Origin: Myxococcota bacterium
GTDB taxonomy: Bacteria; Myxococcota_A; UBA9160; UBA4427
Reading direction: 5' to 3'
Length of the DNA: 64,000 nt
Assembly: GCA_965250285.1 (NCBI GenBank)
Contig: OZ252299.1
Span: 3,072,001-3,136,000, forward strand
Numbering within the stretch: position 1 is the first letter of the stretch; every line of letters begins with the position of its first letter. This document shows, one piece after another, positions 48,412 through 58,900 of the stretch. The position numbers and the translations under genes are program-made. Under the pieces are notes generated by a model. That model was given only the letters and a program-made list of their open reading frames with translations. It searched no databases and was not told the origin of the DNA.

Positions 48412-49215
48412 ATGGATCTGAAGCTCGACGACAAGACCGCGCTGGTGAGCGGTGCCCACCGCGGCACCGGCAGCGAGATTGCACGCGAGCTCGCGCGAGA
48501 GGGCGCCTATGTGCTCGTGCACGGCTTCGAAGCCGGTCAGGCGGCGCCGGTCGTCGAGAGCATCCGCGACGCGGGCGGCCGCGCCGACGAGGTCTGGGGC
48601 GAGATCCGAGAAGACGCCGGCGCGGACGAGCTGCAAGAGGCGGTCTTCGCGATGACCCCGCGCGTCGACGTGCTCGTGAACAACTACGGCGTCGCAGAAG
48701 GCGGCGGCTGGTTTCGCTCCGAGACCGCAGACTGGATCGACCAGTACCAGAAGAACGTGCTGTCGGCCGTGCGGCTGGTCGAGGCCTTCGCGCCCGCGAT
48801 GAAGCAGCACGGCTGGGGCCGGGTCATCTTTCTCTCCACCATCGGAGCAACCCGCCCCGCGGCCCGCATGGCCCATTACTACGCCGCCAAGACGGCCCTG
48901 CTCGCGGCGTCGGTGAGCCTCGCCCAGCGTCTCGCCGACACCGGCATCACGGTCAACACGGTGAGCCCGGGGCTCATCGCCACCGACGAGGTGCGCGCGA
49001 TGCTCGAGCGCACCGCCGAGCGCGAGGGCCTGGCGGGCACACCGGCCGAGATGGAACGCGCCGCCATCGAACGGATCGCGCCGAACCCGATCGGCCGCGC
49101 GGCGCGCACCGAGGAGGTCGCGGCGCTCGTCGCGTTCCTCGCGAGCGACCGGGCCGGCTACATCCATGGTCAGAACCTGCGCATCGACGGCGGCGCCGTC
49201 GGCGTGGTGTCCTGA
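48412..49215 (+). CDS. SDR family oxidoreductase
   Basis: SGAHRGTG, VNNYG, YYAAK, GQNLRIDGG. Confidence 0.88.
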   Translation: MDLKLDDKTALVSGAHRGTGSEIARELAREGAYVLVHGFEAGQAAPVVESIRDAGGRADEVWGEIREDAGADELQEAVFAMTPRVDVLVNNYGVAEGGGWFRSETADWIDQYQKNVLSAVRLVEAFAPAMKQHGWGRVIFLSTIGATRPAARMAHYYAAKTALLAASVSLAQRLADTGITVNTVSPGLIATDEVRAMLERTAEREGLAGTPAEMERAAIERIAPNPIGRAARTEEVAALVAFLASDRAGYIHGQNLRIDGGAVGVVS

Positions 49216-49248
49216 CGCCCCTTCGACGCGCCCGAAGGAGACACACAC

Positions 49249-49854
49249 GTGGCCGAGTGGCTCGAAAGCGCTTTCGAGCGGATCGACGCGGCGAACGCGC
49301 TCGATCCCAATCGCGTGACGTGGGCGGGTGATGCCCAACCGAAGGAGCTGGTGCACGCGTGGCGCGCGAGCCACTGGCTAACGCAGCTCACACCAGCCGC
49401 CGCCGGCGCCCTGCGCCTGGCGGTGCGGGCCCATCACCTCGAGCGCTGGACGCGGCCGCGCGACGCATTCCCGCGCGACCGCGCTGGCTACCTGCGATGG
49501 CGCAAGGCGGCGCAGCGCCACCACGCGGATCGCCTCGTCGAGCTGGTCGCCGGCCTGTCGGTGCCAAGCGACGTGCTCGAGCGCGCGCAGGCCCTGATCC
49601 AGAAGAGCCGACCGGTCGAGGGCGACGACGAGCACGCGGCCCAGGCCCAGACCTACGAGGACGTCCTCTGCCTCGTCTTCCTCGAGCAGCAGCTGGCCGA
49701 ATTCGCCGGGACGGTGACGCCCGAGAAGCTGCGCCACATCCTGGCGAAGACGCTGCCGAAGATGAGCCCCGACGCGGTGGGCCAGGCCGCGGCGCTGCCA
49801 CTCGATGCCGCACACCTCGAGCTCCTCCTCGAGCTCGTCGCCGAGCTCGACTGA
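49249..49854 (+). CDS. DUF4202 family protein
   Basis: IDAANALDP, RAHHLERW..PR..FP..RAGYLRWR, QTYEDVLCLVFL, KMS. Confidence 0.8.
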   Translation: MAEWLESAFERIDAANALDPNRVTWAGDAQPKELVHAWRASHWLTQLTPAAAGALRLAVRAHHLERWTRPRDAFPRDRAGYLRWRKAAQRHHADRLVELVAGLSVPSDVLERAQALIQKSRPVEGDDEHAAQAQTYEDVLCLVFLEQQLAEFAGTVTPEKLRHILAKTLPKMSPDAVGQAAALPLDAAHLELLLELVAELD

Positions 49855-49934
49855 GCCGCTCACCCCACCTCGGGCGACTGGGTTAGGCTCGATTTCCGCG
49901 CCGCACGAGGGCGACGCCCGACGACGGAGACTTC

Positions 49935-51359
49935 ATGGACTGGAACGAGTACCGACGACACGACGGGCTGGCGCTGGCCGACCTGGTCGCACGCGGCGAG
50001 GTCGAGGCGAGCGAGCTGCTCGAAACGGCGATCGAAGCGCAGTCGCGCATCGACCCGGCGCTCAACTCGGTCGTGATCGACCTGCACGACGACGCGCGGC
50101 GCGAGATCGAAGAGGGCCTGCCCAAGGGCCCGTTCCACGGGGTGCCGTTCCTGATCAAGGACCTGCATCTTCGGATGAAGGGCGTGCGCACCACCAACGG
50201 GTGCCGCTTCTTCGCCGACGACGTCGCCGACCACGACAGCGAGCTGATCAAGCGCTACCGCGACGCCGGACTCGTGATGTTCGGCAAGACGTCGAGCCCC
50301 GAGTTCGGTCTCATCACCTCGACCGAGTCGGTGCTCTTCGGCGCGACGCGCAACCCGTGGAACCTCGATCACACGTCCGGCGGCTCGTCGGGCGGTGCGA
50401 GCGCCGCCGTGGCGGGTGGCATCGTGCCGCTGGCGAATGCGAGCGACGGGGGCGGGTCGATCCGCATTCCGGCTGCGTGCTGTGGGTTGGTCGGCATGAA
50501 GCCGTCGCGCGGCAACGTGCCCTTCGGCCCAGACGCGGGCGAAGGCTGGAGCGGCATGTCGACGATGCATGCCGTGACGCGCAGCGTGCGCGACAGCGCG
50601 GCGCTGCTCGATGCGACGGGCGGCGCCGATCTCGGTGCTCCCTACGCTGCGCCGGCCAAGGAGCGCCCCTACCTCGACGAGGTCGGCCGCGCGCCCCGCA
50701 GCCTGCGGATTGCGCTCGTGACCGAATCGTTCAACGGCACCGACGTGCACCCCGACTGCGTCGAGGCCGCCGAAGACGCGGCCAAGCTCTGCGAGTCGCT
50801 CGGCCACCGCGTCGAGCCGATCACGGTCAAGGTCGACCGCGAGGCGTTGGCCGGCGCTTCGGGCTCGATCATCGGGGGCAACCTGCGCGCGACGCTCGAG
50901 CGCCGGGCGAGCGTCGTCGGCCGCGAGCCGGGCGAAGACGACGTCGAGCCGGTCACGCTGCAGATGTACCTGAACGCGGCCAACGCGACTGCCGCCGACT
51001 ACGCGCGCGGTCAGCTCGCCATCCACACCGCCGGGCGCGTGCTCGCGAACGTCCTCGACCACTACGACCTGATCCTGACGCCCACGATGGGCGCACCGCC
51101 CGAGAAGATCGGCGTGCTCTCGCTCGGCAATCCCAATACCGGCGAAATGATGGGCGCCCTGCTCCGCTCGGTGGGTTTCACTCAGCTCATCAACGGCACC
51201 GGCCAGCCCGCCATCTCGCTGCCGCTGCACTGGAACGCGGCCGGGCTGCCGATCGGTGTGCATTTCGTGGCCCCACTCGGCGGAGAGGGGCTGCTCTATC
51301 AGATCTCGGGTCAGCTCGAAGCAGAGCGCCCGTGGTTCGATCGCGTCCCCACCGTCTGA
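49935..51359 (+). CDS. Amidase signature family protein
   Basis: [26 protein letters not shown]. Confidence 0.92.
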   Translation: MDWNEYRRHDGLALADLVARGEVEASELLETAIEAQSRIDPALNSVVIDLHDDARREIEEGLPKGPFHGVPFLIKDLHLRMKGVRTTNGCRFFADDVADHDSELIKRYRDAGLVMFGKTSSPEFGLITSTESVLFGATRNPWNLDHTSGGSSGGASAAVAGGIVPLANASDGGGSIRIPAACCGLVGMKPSRGNVPFGPDAGEGWSGMSTMHAVTRSVRDSAALLDATGGADLGAPYAAPAKERPYLDEVGRAPRSLRIALVTESFNGTDVHPDCVEAAEDAAKLCESLGHRVEPITVKVDREALAGASGSIIGGNLRATLERRASVVGREPGEDDVEPVTLQMYLNAANATAADYARGQLAIHTAGRVLANVLDHYDLILTPTMGAPPEKIGVLSLGNPNTGEMMGALLRSVGFTQLINGTGQPAISLPLHWNAAGLPIGVHFVAPLGGEGLLYQISGQLEAERPWFDRVPTV

Positions 51360-51499
51360 GCAGATCCGACCGCATGGGCGACGGACGACATCCTGGGCGA
51401 GCCGTCGTGAGCCGGGCGAGGTAAGCTCTGCGCCGCTGAAAATTTCTGTGCCACCCCGAGAACGCACCCGCAAACCGAAGAATCCTGGAGGATCCCCTC

Positions 51500-52696
51500 A
51501 TGGCGCGCGAAGCCGTCGTCGTCGAGAGCAAGCGGACCGGCCTGACCAAGGCCCATCGCGGCTCTTTCAACATCACCGAGCCGGTCGACTACCTGGCCCA
51601 CACCATCAAGGCCGTCGTCGACGCCGTCCCGAACATGGATCCGGGCGAGATCGAAGACGTCATCACCGGCACCGGCTTCCCCGAAGGCTGCCAGGGCATG
51701 AACATGGCCCGCATCGCGGCCATGGCGGCCGGGCTCCCCAAGGAGGTCGCCGGCGTCACGATCAACCGCTTCTGCTCGTCGGGGTCGCAGGCCGTCATGA
51801 TGGCCGCGAACCAGATCCTGCAGGAGGGCGCCGAGATCGCCATCGGATCGGGCGTCGAGACGATCACGATGATGCAGGACGGCACGCAGAACACGACGCG
51901 GCTGGCCAACGCCAAGGCCGCCGAGCGGTTCCCCGGCCTCTACTTCCCGATGGGTCTCACCGCCGAGATCGTCGCCGAGCGCTACGGCGTCTCGCGCGAA
52001 GATCAGGACGTGTACGCGCTGCAGAGTCAGCAGCGCTACGCCGAGGCCGAGAAGCAGGGTTTCGTCGGCGACGAGATCGCGCCCATGACCGTCACGCGCA
52101 AGGTCATGAAGAAGGGCGAAGAACCGTACGACGAGGAGTTCACCGTCGAGAAGGACGAGTGCAACCGCCCCGAGACGACGCTCGAAGGTCTGAACTCGCT
52201 GAAGCCGGTGTTCAAGCCCGCTGACGAGGGCGGCACGGTCACGGCCGGCAACGCCTCGCAGCTCTCGGACGGCGCTTCGGCGACGCTCCTCATGTCGAGC
52301 ACCAAGGCCGAGCAGCTCGGCGTCGAGCCGCTCGGTTACTACCGCGGGACCGCGGTCGCCGGCTGCGGCCCCGAAGAGATGGGCATCGGACCCGTCTTCG
52401 CCGTGCCGAAGCTGCTCGAGCGCCATGGGCTCACCATCGACGACATCGACATCGTCGAGCTGAACGAGGCGTTCGCCTCGCAGCTGCTCTACTGCCAGCG
52501 CGAGCTGAACATCCCGAACGAGAAGCTCAACCCGAGTGGCGGTTCGATCTCGATCGGCCACCCGTTCGGCATGACGGGCTCGCGCATGACCGGCCTGCTG
52601 TTGCGCCAGCTGAAGCGCACCGGCGGCAAGTACGGAATCGTGACCATGTGCATCGGCGGCGGACAGGGCCTCGCCTCGCTCTTCGAGGCTGCCTGA
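51500..52696 (+). CDS. Thiolase (acetyl-CoA C-acyltransferase)
   Basis: NRFCSSG, NEAFA, GHPFG, MCIGGG: full catalytic set. Confidence 0.93.
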   Translation: MAREAVVVESKRTGLTKAHRGSFNITEPVDYLAHTIKAVVDAVPNMDPGEIEDVITGTGFPEGCQGMNMARIAAMAAGLPKEVAGVTINRFCSSGSQAVMMAANQILQEGAEIAIGSGVETITMMQDGTQNTTRLANAKAAERFPGLYFPMGLTAEIVAERYGVSREDQDVYALQSQQRYAEAEKQGFVGDEIAPMTVTRKVMKKGEEPYDEEFTVEKDECNRPETTLEGLNSLKPVFKPADEGGTVTAGNASQLSDGASATLLMSSTKAEQLGVEPLGYYRGTAVAGCGPEEMGIGPVFAVPKLLERHGLTIDDIDIVELNEAFASQLLYCQRELNIPNEKLNPSGGSISIGHPFGMTGSRMTGLLLRQLKRTGGKYGIVTMCIGGGQGLASLFEAA

Positions 52697-52753
52697 GCCG
52701 CCTCAGCGTTCGCGTCCGAACGGACGCGTGCCGCACCACGCGATCGTCACTTC

Positions 52754-52794
52754 GGGCCCGAAAGCGGACACTCCGCTTTCGGGCCCTTCGCTTT
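52754..52794 (+). terminator. Intrinsic terminator after the thiolase
   Basis: 15-bp stem GGGCCCGAAAGCGGA-CAC-TCCGCTTTCGGGCCC followed by TTCGCTTT. Confidence 0.7.
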
Positions 52795-52921
52795 CCGGCA
52801 CGCGCTCGCATGGCGTTCGCGCCCTCCCAGGCGGCTTTCGCCTCGTGCGGCGGCTGCGAGCGGCCGATACGAAGGGCGCGCTCGTGGTCCCCGGGGACGT
52901 TTCGGGCAGGAGAGGCGTGGG

Positions 52922-53554
52922 TTGGCGGGACGAGACAAGCGGCAGCGGCACCGAGGCGATTCCGCAGCAAGCGATGCAGTCGACGAGCCGACCTGGCCCG
53001 AAGTCGATCGGCGCCGCACGCCCGACCGGCGTGCCCAGCCGACCGCCGCGTTGACGAGCCCGTTCGGCTTGCGACGCCGCAAGGCCGGTCGACGCGCCGG
53101 CGAGCGCGACAACATCTACGTCGACATCTACTCGCCGCGCGCAGTGGCGATCCTGCTCGGCATCTTCCTGCTCAACATCGGCGATGCCGCCTTCACCCTG
53201 CTCTGGCTTCAGCGCGGCGGGACCGAGGGCAACCCGATCATGCAGGCGATGCTCGACATCGGTGTCGGCGCGTTCCTGTTCCAGAAGTGCATCGTCGTCG
53301 GCATCTGGCTGTTGATCCTGATCGCCCACCGCAACTACCGCGCGGCGCGGATCGGCCTCTGGTCGACGCTGACGGTCTACACGCTGCTGATCGTCTACCA
53401 CATCGTGCTCGTCGCGTTCGACGTTCAGCCCGTCCAGCACGAGGCGGGCGAGCCGACAACGAGCGATCGAAGCCTCTCAGAGGTAGCGCCCGAGCACGAC
53501 GGGGACGGCCGTCTCGACTCGGAGCGCGCGCTGTCCCAGAACGACGGTCCGTAG
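52922..53554 (+). CDS. DUF5658-like membrane protein with Arg-rich (DRR) N-terminus
   Basis: LNIGDAAFTL..GGTEGNPIM..K pattern, three TM helices; start uncertain. Confidence 0.7.
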   Translation: MAGRDKRQRHRGDSAASDAVDEPTWPEVDRRRTPDRRAQPTAALTSPFGLRRRKAGRRAGERDNIYVDIYSPRAVAILLGIFLLNIGDAAFTLLWLQRGGTEGNPIMQAMLDIGVGAFLFQKCIVVGIWLLILIAHRNYRAARIGLWSTLTVYTLLIVYHIVLVAFDVQPVQHEAGEPTTSDRSLSEVAPEHDGDGRLDSERALSQNDGP

Positions 53555-54190
53555 ACCGGCCTGCGCGAACGCGTCGAGTTCGCGCGCCACCCAGCCGCCC
53601 TCCGGCCCGATGGCTACGAGCGCCGGCGCCGGCCAGCGCCCTTCGGGCCCGGGGTCGCCGCCCGGGTCGGCGACGAAGCCCGTTCGCCCCGCCGCGAGCT
53701 CCGGCAACCGCTCGCTCGCGAAGGCGCCGAAGCGCCGATGCAGCGTCACTTCGGGCCGTCGCGTATCGCGCGCCTGTTCGAGCCCGAGCATGAGCTGCGC
53801 CTCGATCGCGTCGGACGCGGTCACGTGGCTCTGCCAGAAGCTCTGCTCGACACGCTCCGAATCGATCAGCGCGATGCGCTTCACCCCGAGCGAAGCAACC
53901 TGAGCCAGCGTGCGGCGCAGGACCGGCGGTCTCGGCAGCGCCAGAACGAGCGTCACGTCGAGCGGCGCGGGCGGCGCGGCGTCGAGGGAGACCTCGAGCT
54001 CGACTCGTTCGCGGTCGAGCCGGGTGATCCGACCCTGCCCTACAGGCCCGTCGCACAGGCCGACGACGACCGTGTCGCCCACGCCGGCCCGCAGCACCTT
54101 GCGGACGTGGCGGGCATGGCGATCGCCGAGCCGCACGTGCCTCCGCGTCGCGTCGACGAAGTCGTCCTCGAACAGCAGGATCAGATTCAA
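53477..54190 (-). CDS. rsmE: 16S rRNA m3U1498 methyltransferase
   Basis: HVRKVLR, LGLEQARD, AIGPEGGW..E, LGQRALRVETA; TTG start after GAGGT. Confidence 0.9.
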   Translation of the reverse strand: MNLILLFEDDFVDATRRHVRLGDRHARHVRKVLRAGVGDTVVVGLCDGPVGQGRITRLDRERVELEVSLDAAPPAPLDVTLVLALPRPPVLRRTLAQVASLGVKRIALIDSERVEQSFWQSHVTASDAIEAQLMLGLEQARDTRRPEVTLHRRFGAFASERLPELAAGRTGFVADPGGDPGPEGRWPAPALVAIGPEGGWVARELDAFAQAGLRTVVLGQRALRVETAVPVVLGRYL

Positions 54191-54260
54191 GCGCTCACCT
54201 CGTCGACGCCGTTCCCGGATCACCGACGTGACAGCCTCGCGCTGCTAGTGTCCCGGCGCC

Positions 54261-54683
54261 ATGACGACGTCCGAGACCACGCACGAAGCGCCCGTGACCG
54301 GCAGCGAAGCCCTCACCGACGGGATTCGCGTCGAGGTGCGCGCGCGCTACTCGCCCGAGCACTCCGACCCGGCTCACAGCCGCTGGTTCTTTCTGTACAC
54401 GATCCGTGTCTCGAACGAAGGCGAGACGGCGGCGCAGTTGCTGAACCGGCATTGGATCATCGTCGACGCCACGGGCCATGTCGAAGAGGTGCGCGGCGAA
54501 GGTGTCGTCGGAAAGCAGCCCCATCTCGAGCCCGGCGAGAGCTTCGAGTACACATCCGGCTGCCCGCTCGGCACGCCCTTCGGCAGCATGTCGGGCAGCT
54601 ACGAGATGCAGCGCGTCGACGGCACGCGCTTCGAGGCCGAGGTCGCGCTCTTCGAGCTCGTTCAGCCCGTCGCGATCCACTGA
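54261..54683 (+). CDS. apaG: ApaG (CorD) protein
   Basis: FLYTIRVSN, QLLNRHWIIVD, VRGEGVVGKQP, FEYTSGCPL, GSMSGSY. Confidence 0.93.
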   Translation: MTTSETTHEAPVTGSEALTDGIRVEVRARYSPEHSDPAHSRWFFLYTIRVSNEGETAAQLLNRHWIIVDATGHVEEVRGEGVVGKQPHLEPGESFEYTSGCPLGTPFGSMSGSYEMQRVDGTRFEAEVALFELVQPVAIH

Positions 54684-55010
54684 TCGAACTCAGAGTCGCG
54701 ATCCATCCATGTGACACCCAGTGGAATCGATTTGGACCCGAGTCCGCCTGGACCCGAGTCCGGAAATGACAGCGTTCGTGGCCGTGTCACACCGAATCTG
54801 ATGATCCGTCAGTGACGCATTCGCGGTGTCGGTCGCGTTCGGGGCATGTTTTCTGGACAGCGAGGGTGGAATCCATGCGATTCCACGAGACGCTTCTTTC
54901 GTTGCCTCATCAGGGAAAAACCAAATTGAACTGGGTGATTTTTTTTGACCGATTCGGGCGCGATCGAGGCACAATGCGTCTCGTTCCGGGCCGAAACGGC
55001 GCCAAGCTAC

Positions 55011-55147
55011 GCCGGGTCTGATCGCTCTCGGGAGGTACCGTCCCTTCATGCGGCGGGGGCGGGACCGCTGGCAAGTCCTGATTGAGCATGGTCGCTGGAC
55101 CCGGTGGGCTCCAGGAGACGACGGTCTCCTGGAGCCCGTTCCGTTTC
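55011..55147 (+). ncRNA. Candidate structured small RNA (~135 nt): 95-nt bulged rod plus terminator
   Basis: Nested helices with several G-U pairs valid only on the + strand, immediately followed by a 14-bp hairpin and GUUCCGUUUC. Confidence 0.55.
55106..55147 (+). terminator. 14-bp perfect hairpin, probably a terminator (possibly bidirectional)
   Basis: GGGCTCCAGGAGAC-GACG-GTCTCCTGGAGCCC then GTTCCGTTTC. Confidence 0.7.
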
Positions 55148-55220
55148 AGGGCCTCGGTCGAATCCACCCACACGAAGAAGCGTCATGGCGACACGCCGAT
55201 GCGACGCGCATCGAGGCGGA

Positions 55221-55853
55221 TCAGAGGTCGGCGTCGAGCAGGATCCGCCGAAGCGCGGGCGACCCGGCCCTCAATCGACGCGCCAGCTTCTCGAAGCGAG
55301 CCTGCATCGTGCCCGCAGACACGCCGCGGGCCCGTGCGATCTCGGAGAGCGAGTCTCCCTCCATGTACGCGCGCACCACTTCGCGCCCGTCGGGCTCGAG
55401 CGCACCCAGCGCATCATCGATGGCCGAGCGGCGATAGCGATCGGAGACGACGCGCTCCGGATCGTCCTCGGCCGCGCGCGCGTGTTCGTGCACGGCGTCC
55501 AGCGCGGCGAGCGACGCCCCCGCATCCCGCTCCGAGGTCTCGGGCTCCTCGAGCCCGTGGAGCTGCGAGCCGGGCCACGCATCGGTGCGCGCGGAGCGCG
55601 AGAGACACGTGCGTGCTTCGTCGATCACCGCACCTTCGATGCGCCGCGAGACGTAGGCCGAGAGCTCACGCTCGTGCGCGTCGACGCGCCGGTTTCGCAG
55701 TGCTTTGAACAGGCCCCAGTACCCGGCGCTCACCAGCTCGTCGCGCCACCGATCGCCGAGCATGAACCGCTTCTGCACCTGGCCTGTGAAGTACTGCACA
55801 CGATGTGCGTAGCGCTCGACGAGCTCGTCGAGATCGCTTTCTGCCGCTTCCAC
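55221..55853 (-). CDS. Sigma-70 family factor, short FliA/WhiG-like (regions 2 + 4)
   Basis: DELVSAGYWGLFKAL..SAYVSRRIEGAVIDEAR (FliA-type region 2) and C-terminal HTH SLSEIARARGVSAGT; GTG start after GGGGGAAGA. Confidence 0.8.
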   Translation of the reverse strand: MEAAESDLDELVERYAHRVQYFTGQVQKRFMLGDRWRDELVSAGYWGLFKALRNRRVDAHERELSAYVSRRIEGAVIDEARTCLSRSARTDAWPGSQLHGLEEPETSERDAGASLAALDAVHEHARAAEDDPERVVSDRYRRSAIDDALGALEPDGREVVRAYMEGDSLSEIARARGVSAGTMQARFEKLARRLRAGSPALRRILLDADL

Positions 55854-55953
55854 TCTTCCCCCCGAATACCGCGGCACCGCATGACCGCAGCGCCGGGAAC
55901 TTCGCCAATTCGGTGGGAGCGCGAGGTGACCGCAGTCACCCGCGAGAAGGCGC

Positions 55954-58900
55954 CTAGAGGGCGATTCCGCGCAATTGATCCAGAACCGATTGAGCCGACT
56001 CGGGGCGATCCTCGCGATCCTTCGCGAGCAGCCGCAGGATCAGATCGGCGAGCGCCTCGTCGAGATCGGGAACGATCTCACGGGGATCGGGCGGCGCGGT
56101 GTGCCGATGGTGATAGGCGATGTCGCCCTGATCGAAGGGCACCCGCCCGGTGACGAGCTCGAAGAGCGTCACACCGAGCGAGTAGAGGTCGGTGCGGTGA
56201 TCGATGTCACCCCCGAGCACCTGTTCGGGCGACATGTAGTACGGCGTGCCCGAAACGACCGTCGTCTTGCCGCGCATCTCCTCGAACACCTTGGCGAGAC
56301 CGAAGTCCATGATCTTGACCACGCGGTCGGTGGTGAGGAACAGGTTCGCAGTCTTGATGTCCCGGTGGATCACGCCGCGCTCGTGGGCGTACTGCAGACC
56401 GGCCGTGACCTGGCGGCCGATGCCGATCACGTTCTCGCTCGTCAGCCGGTCACGCTCCTTCAGGATCCGGTTGAACGGCTCGCCATGGAGCAGCTCCATC
56501 GTGATGAAGAACGCGCCGTCCTCCTGGTCGGTATCGTGCACCGTCACGATGTTCGGATGATTGAGCTTCGCGAGCGACTGGGCCTCACGCAGGAAGAGCT
56601 GTAGCGCGCGGGGATGGTGGCGGCGGAGGTCTTCGGGCAGCCGCTTGAGCGCCACCACGCGGTCGAGCCTTCGGTCGCGCGCTTCGAAGACGACGCCCAT
56701 GCCACCGCGCCCGATCTCCTCGATCAGCTCGTAGCGTGATTCGACGACGAACTCGGTGGGGGCGCCCTCCATCGGCAGCAGCGTCTGGGTCGCGCGTCCC
56801 CCCCGGCCCTCGCCCGAGAGCTGCTTTCGCAGCACCTCGATGCGCGACGCGACGTTGGGGTACGTCGGCTCCTGGCGCCGTAGCTCTTCGAGCACGCTGA
56901 TCGCCCGCTCGATGTGCCCCGCGTTCTCGAAGAGGGTCGCGAGGCGCGCGTACTTGTCGCTCGGCCCCTGGCCCATCGGAAACGTGGCAATGAAGTCCTC
57001 GAGCTTCTTCGCCGCCAGGTCGAAGTGCCCCTCGACCTCGAATGCGTCGGCCAGCTGCGAGCTCGCCTCGGCGTAGTCCTGATCTTCGGAGGGGATGCAC
57101 TGCAGCAAGCGGATCGCGCGCGGCCGCCGGCCGTTCTCGAGCGCGACCTGCGCGGCCTCGAACACGCGCCCGCGTCGCTCGAGCGCACTGATCCACTTGT
57201 CGACCTCACCGGCCTCGCGGTAGCACTCGATGGCGCGGTCGACCTCGTGCGCCTCCTCGAAGGCGCTGCCCGCGTGTACGAGGGCCCCCGCCTGTTCGTA
57301 CATGCGCGCCGCGTCGAGCGGCTGGTCGTTCTCCATGAAGAGCGTCGCCGCGCGCTCGTAGTCTTCGAGCTTCGCCCGCAGCCGCGCGGCCTCGAGGCCG
57401 AGCCCCGACGACTCGTAGTAGTCGGCCGCGCGCGAGAGCTCGCCGCGCGAGCGGTGCAGCTCGGCGAGCAGCCGATAACCCCGCTGCGCCTGGCCGTCGC
57501 GTTCGAGGGCCTTGGCCGTCTCTTCGATGTCGCCGCGCAGGTACGGCTCGACCGCTGGAGGACATCCCTTGAAGAGCACGTCGGCGCCGGCGAGATCGAG
57601 CAGCACGGGGGTGGGCCGGTACGACGCCACCTCGACCTCGCGCTCGACGACGCGATCGCCACAGCCAACGACCAGACGGTGCGCGCCCTTCCCCAGCCAG
57701 AGGCGTGCCCGCGAGCCTTCGCTGCGCACGAGCGAGTCGGGCACTTCGGGGGCGACGACGACCGCATCCTCGGCCGGCTTCTCGCCCCAGCTCAACACGA
57801 CGTCGACGGGGCAGGTCTCGGGTCGCACGTCGAACTCGATGCGGACCGTGCGACGATGCCGCACGCGCACCACCTGCTCCTCGGCGACGTCGGCCAGCAC
57901 TTCGTCGCTCTCGGGATCGAAGAGCATGCCCTCGACCGAGACCCAGTAGCGCCTCGTTCGAAGCCGCTGAAAGTGCGTCTCGCGGTTCACCAGGTGATGC
58001 TCGGTGCGGCTCGAGAGACCGCCCTTGCGGATCGCCTCTCGGGTCAGCGGCTGGACGCGACGCCAGCGCCCGGCGCTGCTCGCGACGCGCACCCGGAACA
58101 CCCCGCGCAGCTCGTCGGGATACTCGATCGCGACGGCAAGATCGCCGCGCTGCCGAAGCAGGACGAGCAGAGCCAGGATCACGGCCACCGCGAGCAGACC
58201 CAGCGCGATCCGTCGGGTGCCCTGCTCCTCGACGAATCGACGCGCCTCGGCCAGCGCGGGGACGTCGATCGTCAGCTGCTGCCAGCTGGTCATCGCAGCG
58301 CCCCAGGCGCCGGTTCTCGGTCGATCGGGCCACTCGACGGGGCCGGCCGCTGCGGGCAGCGGGCTCGGCCTCGGCCCCAGACTCAGCTGGCGCTCCCAGT
58401 CGGTCCACGCGAGATCGTTGTCGGCCAGCGTCCACGCCTTGGCGAGCGCATCCGCGAGGTCGCGCTCACGCCCCTGCAGCGCATAGACCACGGCGAGATC
58501 CCGATGCAGTCGCCCGCTCGTTTCGATGAACGCGATCGGCTCGACCTCGGGCCCGGGCAGACCGTCGAGGGCAGCGAGCAGCGCCGCCGAGGCACCGTCG
58601 GCATCCCCCGACCGAAGACGCGCGCGGGCCAGGGCTCGCCAGGTCGCGAGCGTCACGTCGTCGCGATCGCGCGACAGCGCAACGCCGCGCTCGATCGCCG
58701 CCCGCGCGGCCTCGTGATCGCCGGCCGCTTCGAAGAGCGCCCCGGCCTCGAGGGCCGCTGCGCGACGCGCGAGTCGCTCGTCGTTCGACAGACCGCCACC
58801 GAGACCCGTCGCCGGCAGCGAGGCGTCGAGAAAGCGCGCCCGCTCTTCGAGGTCGGTCAGGGCGCTGCGGCGAAGGCCTTCCGGTACGCCTTCGGCTGCG

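Noticed and set aside
55011..55105. SRP RNA, tRNA(Sec), 6S or Pxr identity for the rod-shaped RNA
   Set aside because: No SRP GGAA loop/AGCAG motif, no cloverleaf or T-loop, too short for 6S, and no resemblance to Pxr as recalled.
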